Notes under the pieces: generated by a model | What the model saw: the letters and a program-made list of their open reading frames with translations, nothing else | The model's database searches: none | What the model was told of the DNA's origin: nothing | Position numbers and translations under genes: made by a program | DNA from: Candidatus Bathyarchaeota archaeon | GTDB lineage: Archaea > Thermoproteota > Bathyarchaeia > Bathyarchaeales > Bathycorpusculaceae | DNA: 64,000 nt | Assembly (NCBI GenBank): GCA_963832745.1 | Contig: CAWHVC010000004.1 | Location: 160,001 to 224,000, forward strand | Direction: 5' to 3' | In this document: positions 19,118 to 26,592 of the stretch, one piece after another | Position numbering within the stretch: the stretch's first letter is position 1 | How the letters are laid out: each line of letters starts with the position of its first letter

Positions 19118-19558
19118 TTGGCAGCTAGAAGCAGTCAAGAAGAAGAACTTCGTCGATTAAGCGTAGAAATGCGTTACTTGGAACAGACAGCTGAGACTCT
19201 GCAACAGCGAATCAGCATGATAAATGCTGCATTAACTGACTTAACATATGCCAACTTAACCCTTGAAGGCATTGAGCAGGAAAGAGAAAACGCTGAAATG
19301 CTTGTGCCAATCGGTGGAAGCTCTTATGTGAAAGTAAAACTTGCAAACCCCGACAACGTAATTGTTGGGTTAGGTGCAGGTGTTTCTGTAGAGAAAACTG
19401 TGGCTGACGCAAAAGCTACAATGAAAGAACGGTTGGATGAGCTTGAAAAAACAATGAATTCTGCTCAAACACAATTCTCTCAGGTAGCTGAACGTATAAA
19501 CTCTAGCCGCGGCAGAATGGAAAGTTTACTTGCCAACGTAAGAGAAGGGAAAGCTTGA
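19118..19558 (+). CDS. pfdA: Prefoldin alpha subunit
   Basis: Coiled coils flanking EMLVPIGGSSYV...VIVGLGAGVSVEK. Confidence 0.95.
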   Translation: MAARSSQEEELRRLSVEMRYLEQTAETLQQRISMINAALTDLTYANLTLEGIEQERENAEMLVPIGGSSYVKVKLANPDNVIVGLGAGVSVEKTVADAKATMKERLDELEKTMNSAQTQFSQVAERINSSRGRMESLLANVREGKA

Positions 19559-19562
19559 GCGT

Positions 19563-20468
19563 ATGTTTGATAAGCTCAAGTCCGGCTTTAAAGGTCTAGT
19601 TTCAAAAGTAACAACGACTGAGCTTAAAGCAGATAACCTTAACCCTATTTTATCCGATTTTAAAATGAGTTTAGCCGAAAACGATGTAGCTTTTCCAGTT
19701 GCAGATAAAATCTGTGATGAACTAGAAAAGCGTCTTACAGGTGCTCCGATTAAACGGTTGGACGACCGTAAAAAACTTGTCGAAGACAACCTGCGGCAGG
19801 TTTTACTGGATGTTTTGGAGACTGACAACCGTATTGACCTGCTGGAAATGATTGCAGAAAAACGTAAAAAATCTGAACCGTTCGTTTTGATGTTTGTCGG
19901 AATTAACGGTACAGGAAAAACAACTACAATCGCCAAAGTTGCCCAGTTCCTACGTGAAAAAGGTTACTCGGTAGTTTTAGCAGGCGCAGACACTTACAGG
20001 GCAGGCTCCATTGAGCAACTTGAAGAGCACGGACGACGTTTAGGTATACGTGTAATTAAGCACACTTATGGGGCAGACCCAGCCGCGGTAGCTTTTGACA
20101 CAATCAGCCACGCTAAAGCCCATGGAATAAACGTGGTACTAATCGACACAGCCGGAAGAATGCAGACTAACCAGAACCTTATGAATGAACTTATCAAAGT
20201 CAAACGTGTTGTGAAGCCAGACTTGGTGATTTTCACGGTTGACTCTTTAATTGGCAACGACGCGGTAATGCAGGCGGAAGAATTCAACAGGGCAATAGGA
20301 ATTGACGCAACAATTCTGACAAAAGTTGATGCTGACGTTAAAGGTGGTTCATCTTTGAGCGTGACTTATGTTACCCAAAAACCAATATTGTTTATTGGGG
20401 TAGGTCAATCGTATAAGGATTTGGAGCTTTTTGACCCAGAAAAATTCGTCAAAATGATACTCCGATAA
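19563..20468 (+). CDS. ftsY: SRP receptor FtsY
   Basis: GINGTGKTTTIAK, DTYRAG, DTAGR, TKVD, KGG motifs. Confidence 0.97.
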   Translation: MFDKLKSGFKGLVSKVTTTELKADNLNPILSDFKMSLAENDVAFPVADKICDELEKRLTGAPIKRLDDRKKLVEDNLRQVLLDVLETDNRIDLLEMIAEKRKKSEPFVLMFVGINGTGKTTTIAKVAQFLREKGYSVVLAGADTYRAGSIEQLEEHGRRLGIRVIKHTYGADPAAVAFDTISHAKAHGINVVLIDTAGRMQTNQNLMNELIKVKRVVKPDLVIFTVDSLIGNDAVMQAEEFNRAIGIDATILTKVDADVKGGSSLSVTYVTQKPILFIGVGQSYKDLELFDPEKFVKMILR

Positions 20469-20590
20469 CCCTATTTTTTGTGTTTAGCCTTTTTGATTAT
20501 ATGGCAAGAAAATCTGCTGTTGCTGTCAACTTTATGGGTCAACTTGTTAGCTGAATTAACGGAACTGTCAGTTCAGGCTAAACATGTGTG

Positions 20591-20956
20591 TTATGGTTCT
20601 TCTATGTCGGCTAGTTCAAAACGGATTTTTGTTGGATAAATCCAGTAGGCGTTGATGAAGTCATCGATTTTTTGGTCAACATCTAAGACTTCAAAAAAGT
20701 TGGTAAACTCGCTGTCAACATCTTCAACGCTTGTAGAAGAATAAACTTTCAGGTCAACCAGGTACTCTTTTTCTGGTGATAAGCTTTCAAGGACATCTTT
20801 TTCTTTAACTTCAATGGTGAATGGTAGATTGGTTAAAACATCTAAAACCGCCATTTTATGAACGTTAACGTTTTTAGCTTTAACAATTACTAATCTACGG
20901 TCTGTTACACGATAATTCCATTCAGCAGAATCCGAGCGACTCCAAGAAGCAGACAT
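20591..20956 (-). CDS. Hypothetical protein
   Basis: 121-aa ORF with ATG start filling the gap, protein-like composition; no family recognised. Confidence 0.6.
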   Translation of the reverse strand: MSASWSRSDSAEWNYRVTDRRLVIVKAKNVNVHKMAVLDVLTNLPFTIEVKEKDVLESLSPEKEYLVDLKVYSSTSVEDVDSEFTNFFEVLDVDQKIDDFINAYWIYPTKIRFELADIEEP

Positions 20957-21056
20957 ATTATTCCCTGCTGTTAACTATTCTTTTCAAAGGCATAAAAATG
21001 TGTGGTTGCCTAGCAACAGTCACATAGCCAGAAAAGCCCAACCCTGCTTATTTTAG

Positions 21057-21542
21057 ATGGTGACTTCTTTGAAGAGAGTATACGCTCTCTTTTTTGGATT
21101 GTTAACTGTCTTGTTTTTTGTGTTGATGTCAAAAATCGATTACATTGTACACGCTACCCTGTACGAGTATGGCCTCACTTTTTCTTATGACTGGGCAAAC
21201 ACTTACTGGCTAACATACAACTTGGTCTTCTTAGCCTTTGCATTAACCATGGCATTCTGCTATTACGTCGGTTCCCAAAAAAGCTTTCAAAATAAAAAAG
21301 TTGCACTTGCAATTTTTGCTTCAATTAATGTGCTTGCAGTTTGTGGATTCCAGGATGTACTGTTTTTTGTTTTATGGTCTGGCAGCCTGCCGCCGGGAAC
21401 GCTGGTTTGGTGGTGGTCAATGTGGGCGCCTGTTTTTGGAACCTGGAACAGTCAACTTCAAGTTGCCCTAACAGGTTTAGGTTTCGCATGCGTTACCGCA
21501 ACATGGATACTAACTTTGTACAAGAAAAAACCGGTTTTATAG
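21057..21542 (+). CDS. Hypothetical multi-pass membrane protein
   Basis: About four hydrophobic helices; loop motif IDYIVHATLYEYGLTFSYDWANTY shared with 4222..4872. Confidence 0.75.
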   Translation: MVTSLKRVYALFFGLLTVLFFVLMSKIDYIVHATLYEYGLTFSYDWANTYWLTYNLVFLAFALTMAFCYYVGSQKSFQNKKVALAIFASINVLAVCGFQDVLFFVLWSGSLPPGTLVWWWSMWAPVFGTWNSQLQVALTGLGFACVTATWILTLYKKKPVL

Positions 21543-21572
21543 ATTAAAAAAGAGAAAGCCCAAAAAAATGGG

Positions 21573-23012
21573 TTATCTTATTTGGCGGTCTAGTAGGTTT
21601 CCGTTTGCGTCAAACAGTTTAACATCAAGTGCCATTTGGCCAACTGCGTGTGTTGCACAGCTTAAGCATGGGTCAAACGCGCGTATGACTGCTTCTACAC
21701 GGTTAAGCATGCCTTCTTGCAAGTGTTGTGCTTTAACATATTTTTTGGCTACTTGAGTGACCGCCATGTTATAGGCAATGTTGTTGTGTTCTGTCGCGAT
21801 GACCATGTTGTTCCATGTAATTCTGCCTTGTGGGTCAACTTTGTAGTGGTGAATCAATGTGCCTCTTGGTGCTTCGGCGACGCCTACGCCTTCGTAATTG
21901 TTAACCATTGCTCTTGATGTGACATGTTCAGAGAGAATTTCTGGGTCTTCCAGCAGTTTCTTGGCTGTTTCAATGCAGAACAATGTTTCAATTAGTCTAG
22001 CGTAATGATATTGGAACGTGCTTTGGACTACACCGTTTTTGCCTAGCTTCTTGAAGTTTTTGAGTTCTTCATCGGCTAATGGTGTTCCGCAATGTGTTGC
22101 AACGTTTAGCCGTGCTAATGGTCCAACACGGTATGCCCCGTCTGGGTAGCCGATTGCTTTGAAGTAGGGGAATTTCATGAATGTCCATGGCTCTACTGCT
22201 TCGCCGATAAACTCTTGGTACCTTAGGGGGTCAACGCATTCAGCTGCTATGACGCCGTCTTTATCCATTATACGCAGTTTGCCGTCATAATGCTCCAAGC
22301 CGCCGTCAGGTGTAACCAGTCCCATGTAGTAACTGGGAAAATTGCCAAAGTTCTCAACTTCCTCGTCGAAACCATCAAGCATCTGCTTATACCTTGCTAA
22401 CGTGTTCTGGGTAATTTCTAACGCTTCTGGCAACTTGTTTTGTAGGTAATCGGCGCGTTCTTTTGTTAATGGCCATTTTGCGCCTCCAGGCTGGATCCAG
22501 TCGCTTGAATGGATACGTTTACCTGCAACTTTCTCGATGAGTTCTTGTCCGAAACGCCGTAGTTTTATGCCTTGCATTGCTATGTCTGGCTGTTTTTCTA
22601 TTAAGCCGAAGATGTTTCTTTTTGCTGGGTCTGAGTCGAAGCCGAGCAGTAAGTCTGGTGAGGATAAATGGAAGAAGTTTAGTGCGTGTGACTGGATAAG
22701 TTGTCCCATGTGCATTAATCGTCGAAGCATGATTGTGGTTTTTGGTGGTGTTAAGCCAACTATGGCGTCGCAGGCTTTGGCGGATGCGAGCAGGTGGCTT
22801 ACGGGACATATTCCGCAGGAACGACTGGTTATTGCTGGCATTTCATAGTATGGTCTGCCTTCAGTGAATTTTTCAAAGCCTCGAAAGTCTACGACTTTGA
22901 ATTGTGCTTCTTTTACTGTGTCATCTGGGTTTAACAATATGTTTACTTGAGCGTGCCCTTCGATACGTGTGACTGGGCTGATTACAATTTTCTTTTCTGG
23001 TGTTTTATCCAT
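21573..23012 (-). CDS. hoxH: NiFe hydrogenase large subunit, group 3d (HoxH)
   Basis: TRIEGH; L1 RSCGICPVSH; EAPRGTLIHHY; L2 DPCLSCATH plus cleavable C-terminal tail. Confidence 0.92.
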   Translation of the reverse strand: MDKTPEKKIVISPVTRIEGHAQVNILLNPDDTVKEAQFKVVDFRGFEKFTEGRPYYEMPAITSRSCGICPVSHLLASAKACDAIVGLTPPKTTIMLRRLMHMGQLIQSHALNFFHLSSPDLLLGFDSDPAKRNIFGLIEKQPDIAMQGIKLRRFGQELIEKVAGKRIHSSDWIQPGGAKWPLTKERADYLQNKLPEALEITQNTLARYKQMLDGFDEEVENFGNFPSYYMGLVTPDGGLEHYDGKLRIMDKDGVIAAECVDPLRYQEFIGEAVEPWTFMKFPYFKAIGYPDGAYRVGPLARLNVATHCGTPLADEELKNFKKLGKNGVVQSTFQYHYARLIETLFCIETAKKLLEDPEILSEHVTSRAMVNNYEGVGVAEAPRGTLIHHYKVDPQGRITWNNMVIATEHNNIAYNMAVTQVAKKYVKAQHLQEGMLNRVEAVIRAFDPCLSCATHAVGQMALDVKLFDANGNLLDRQIR

Positions 23013-23547
23013 ATCTTGCTCTGCCCTCCATGCTGGGTGCCCTGCCTGACAGCAGTTCTGTTAAGACGTAATGTATCAGGTCTGCTGATGGTGGGCATCC
23101 TGGAATGTAGAAATCAACTTTAACAATTTCGTGTAGCGGTCTGGCTTTGATAAGCAGTTTAGGTACCATGTTTGGAACTGCAGCGTTTAAATCTTCAGGA
23201 GCTTTGTAAGCGCGTTCCAAAACTTCAGTGTCACTGTTATCCCAAGAATTTCTAAGTGCTGTAACGTTGCCAGTGACTGCGCAGTCCCCAAGCGAAATCA
23301 AAACACGGGTTCTTGACCGCACCTTTTTTAGCATTTCAAGCTGTTCCTCATTTGCTATTGCACCTTCAATGAGTGTCACGTCAACGTTTTCAGGGAACTC
23401 TTTAACGTCCGCTATTGGACTGTAGACAAGATGAATACTTTTTGCTAAATCAATTAGTCTCTCATCTTGGTCAAGGAAGGACATGTGGCATCCTGAGCAA
23501 CCGCTAAGCCAAACTGTTGCAACTCTCGCTTTTCTTTTTGTGGTCAT
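23005..23547 (-). CDS. hoxY: NiFe hydrogenase small subunit (HoxY)
   Basis: WLSGCSGCHMSFLD, GDCAVTGNV, IPGCPP; short single-cluster form. Confidence 0.92.
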   Translation of the reverse strand: MTTKRKARVATVWLSGCSGCHMSFLDQDERLIDLAKSIHLVYSPIADVKEFPENVDVTLIEGAIANEEQLEMLKKVRSRTRVLISLGDCAVTGNVTALRNSWDNSDTEVLERAYKAPEDLNAAVPNMVPKLLIKARPLHEIVKVDFYIPGCPPSADLIHYVLTELLSGRAPSMEGRARYG

Positions 23548-24254
23548 TTACGGTTTCTCCTTTCAGTGATGAATTCGGCAACGTCACGGTTTTTGGTTTG
23601 AGTGATTGGTTCGCCTTCAATATAGATGGCTCCGACTGGGCAGACTTTGGCGCATTTGCGGCAACTTGTACAGCTGCAAGAGTTGCCCCATGACTCGTTC
23701 AAATCCATAATTACTTCTGTGTCTTTGCCGCGAAGCTTTAAGTCAAGCGTGTGGACTCCTTCAATTTGGTCGCAAACGCGGATGCAACGTGTACAAAGTA
23801 TGCAACGGTTTCTGTCAATAACCAAAAAGTCATGTGATGAATCAATGACGTCACGGGTAAAGTTGCGTTCAAACATTACATGGTCAACACCCAACTGATT
23901 GGCAAGAGCTTGTAGTTCACAGTGGTCGTTGGCAACGCAGACAGAACAGATATGTACCCTTTCAGCCATGAGCATTTGAATTGCCATTCTACGGTAATCT
24001 TTTAGGCGTTCAGAGTTGGTGGTGATTTCCATGCCGGGGCTAACTGGAGTGGTGCAGGCAGGAAACAGTTTTGGTGTACCTGTAACTTCTACTAGGCACA
24101 GCCGGCAACCGCCATACGGAGTTAACCCTTCTAGGTTGCAGAGTGTGGGAATTAGGATTCCGTTGTCTTTGGCTGCTTTTAGGATGGTTGTGCCTTCAGG
24201 AACGGAAACTTGAACGCCGTCAATTTTTAGGGATACCCTGGGATTTATGCTCAT
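23544..24254 (-). CDS. hoxU: Diaphorase Fe-S subunit (HoxU)
   Basis: IPTLC...CRLCLVE...AC; HICSVC...C; CILCTRCIRVC; CTSCRKCAKVCP. Confidence 0.92.
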   Translation of the reverse strand: MSINPRVSLKIDGVQVSVPEGTTILKAAKDNGILIPTLCNLEGLTPYGGCRLCLVEVTGTPKLFPACTTPVSPGMEITTNSERLKDYRRMAIQMLMAERVHICSVCVANDHCELQALANQLGVDHVMFERNFTRDVIDSSHDFLVIDRNRCILCTRCIRVCDQIEGVHTLDLKLRGKDTEVIMDLNESWGNSCSCTSCRKCAKVCPVGAIYIEGEPITQTKNRDVAEFITERRNRK

Positions 24255-24256
24255 TT

Positions 24257-25903
24257 TTACTCCTCCGCTTTTTTGTCTTTAAAGCAGACGCCTGCCCTGC
24301 ATTTTTTATCCACGATATGTTCGATGTATTCTTCTTTGAAGTACCTTAGCGTGGTTAGAATTGGGTTGGGTGCTGTTTGTCCTAGACCGCACAGGCTGGC
24401 GTTACTGATATAATCGCTTGATTTTTCTAAAATGTCAATGTCACTTAATTCGCCGTTCCCTTGTGTGATTTTATCGAAAATTTCTTTAACACGTGCAAGT
24501 CCTGCCCTGCAGGGAGTGCATTTGCCGCAGGATTCGTCAATGCAGAAATCGGTGAAGAAGCGGGCTGTATCTACCATGCATGAATCCTCGTTAAGTACTA
24601 CGATGCCGCCTGAACCCATAATTGCGCCTACTTTCTTTAATGAGTCGTAATCGATGGGTGCCTCTAGTAGTGTTTCTGGTAAGCAGCCGCCTGATGGGCC
24701 TCCGACGAGTACGGATTTGAATTTTTTGCCGTTTGGCATGCCGCCGCCTATGTCGTAGACTATTTCACGTAGGGTTATGCCCATGGGGACTTCAATTAAG
24801 CCTGGGTTGTTGATTTCGCCTGTTAAAGAGAAGCATTTTGTGCCCGTGCAGTTGGGTAAACCAAAACTTTTGAACCATGCCCAACCGTTCAAAATGATAA
24901 GTGGCGTGTTAGCTAATGTTTCAACGTTTTGAATCAATGTAGGCTGTTTCCATAAACCCTGGTTTGCTGGGTATGGTGGTCGAGGACGCGGTTGAGCTCT
25001 GCGGCCTTCAACTGACGCAAGAATCGCTGTTTCTTCTCCAGCAACAAAAGCGCCTGCGCCGAAGCGTAATTCAAGGTCAAACTTGAACTGTGTTTCAAGA
25101 ATGTTATCCCCTAAAAGGTTCATGGCTTTAGCTTGGGCGATGGCTTTCTGCAGCGTTTGAATAGCTAACGGGTATTCTGAACGGATGTAAATGTAACCTT
25201 TTTGTGCGCCAATCGCGTAGCCGGCAATCAGCATGCCCTCGATAATTGCGTGTGGGTCAGCTTCTGCAAGTGTTCGGTTTGCGAAAACACCTGGGTCACC
25301 TTCGTCAAGGTTTGCTACAATGTATTTTGGTGTATCGTGTGCCCGTGCGACTAGGTTCCATTTTTGTCCTGTTGGGAAACCTGCGCCACCTCTTCCGCGT
25401 AGTCCGCTGCTGGTGACTTCGTAAATTACTCCTTGTGGCGTCATAGTTGCAAGGCATTTTGCAAGTGCCGCGTAGCCGCCTGCCGAAATGTAGTCTTGTA
25501 TTCTGGTTGGGTCAATTTTGCCTGCGTTTCTAAGCACTAGACGTTGCTGTTTTTGGAAGTAGCCGTCATTATTGTATAGCATGCTTTTGACGGGTAATCC
25601 TAACACGATGTGGTCGCGTACGATTTCGCGGACGTTTTCAGGTTTGACACTTTGATACAGGTGGTCGCCTGGTTCGATAAGTACCGCTGGGCCAACAGAG
25701 CATGTGCCAATGCATCCTGTTCTGGCGACTTTGCATATGTTTTCCACGCCGAACTCTTTTACCGCATCTTCAAAGGCTTTAAGCACTTTAAGTGCGCCAA
25801 AGGGTACACAGCCGCTTGAGCAGCAAACGTTAATGCGGTACTTGTAGGCTCTTTGGAATTCTGTTTCTTGTTCTGCAATTTTTTGTATGTCAGACAGTTT
25901 CGT
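24257..25903 (-). CDS. hoxF: NAD(P)H diaphorase FMN subunit (HoxF/NuoF); start proposed at ACG 25903
   Basis: GLRGRGGAGFPTG, DEGDPG, GAGAFVAGEETA, SCGKCTPCR; the frame extends 39 codons upstream of the called GTG and includes INVCCSSGC. Confidence 0.88.
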   Translation of the reverse strand, partial: TKLSDIQKIAEQETEFQRAYKYRINVCCSSGCVPFGALKVLKAFEDAVKEFGVENICKVARTGCIGTCSVGPAVLIEPGDHLYQSVKPENVREIVRDHIVLGLPVKSMLYNNDGYFQKQQRLVLRNAGKIDPTRIQDYISAGGYAALAKCLATMTPQGVIYEVTSSGLRGRGGAGFPTGQKWNLVARAHDTPKYIVANLDEGDPGVFANRTLAEADPHAIIEGMLIAGYAIGAQKGYIYIRSEYPLAIQTLQKAIAQAKAMNLLGDNILETQFKFDLELRFGAGAFVAGEETAILASVEGRRAQPRPRPPYPANQGLWKQPTLIQNVETLANTPLIILNGWAWFKSFGLPNCTGTKCFSLTGEINNPGLIEVPMGITLREIVYDIGGGMPNGKKFKSVLVGGPSGGCLPETLLEAPIDYDSLKKVGAIMGSGGIVVLNEDSCMVDTARFFTDFCIDESCGKCTPCRAGLARVKEIFDKITQGNGELSDIDILEKSSDYISNASLCGLGQTAPNPILTTLRYFKEEYIEHIVDKKCRAGVCFKDKKAEE

Positions 25904-26381
25904 CTTTTATGCCTCCAAGTGCGTTTTTGATTTTCCTAATTACTACTTCTTTGGTTGCTTTACCGATGACTTGGTCGTCTATGACAATGTTTGGTGCCAT
26001 TGCACAGGCTCCAATGCATCGTGTAAAAAGCAGAGACAATTTGCCGTCGGCTGTTGAGCCGCCACGTTTGAGGCTGAACTCTTTTTCGATGGCAGTTATA
26101 ATTTGTTCTACCCCTTTTACGTAGCAGGCGGTTCCAAAGCATGCGGTAACAATGTGTTCGCCTGGTTTTCGTAGTTTAAAGAAACTGTAAAAGGTGGTTA
26201 CTCCGTAAACGTGACTTGGAGGTAAATTCAGTGAACCCGCAATGTCCATAAGCAGGTTCCTGTCAAGGTAACCGTAAATTTCTTGGGCACGGTGTAAAAT
26301 TTCTAGAAGTGCGCTTTCTTCGTAATTGTGCTCTTTTAAAACTTTTTCAAGCAGTACTCGCCGATTGTCGCTTGTAGCCAA
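25890..26381 (-). CDS. hoxE: 2Fe-2S subunit (HoxE/NuoE)
   Basis: HVYGVTTFY, CFGTACYVKG, RCIGACAMAP; TTG start downstream of GGAGG. Confidence 0.9.
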   Translation of the reverse strand: MATSDNRRVLLEKVLKEHNYEESALLEILHRAQEIYGYLDRNLLMDIAGSLNLPPSHVYGVTTFYSFFKLRKPGEHIVTACFGTACYVKGVEQIITAIEKEFSLKRGGSTADGKLSLLFTRCIGACAMAPNIVIDDQVIGKATKEVVIRKIKNALGGIKDETV

Positions 26382-26592
26382 ACATTGAAGCCTCCAATAA
26401 ACAATTTCGATACTAGTATGCCAACATTTAATCTGATATAAAAGGTTACAGGAGCCAAGTTTCAACATTTAACGACAAATTTGCGCCAAAAACACTAGCT
26501 TCAACCAGAGTTGCATAACAAATGTCTAATGGACACAAGGAAGGTTGAAAAGTTTTTGATTGATATAAACTAAAATTGAAAATTTGGGGAAG

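Noticed and set aside
21573-23012. Selenocysteine or stop-codon recoding in the hydrogenase and Hdr genes
   Set aside because: All ligand positions are ordinary Cys codons in uninterrupted frames
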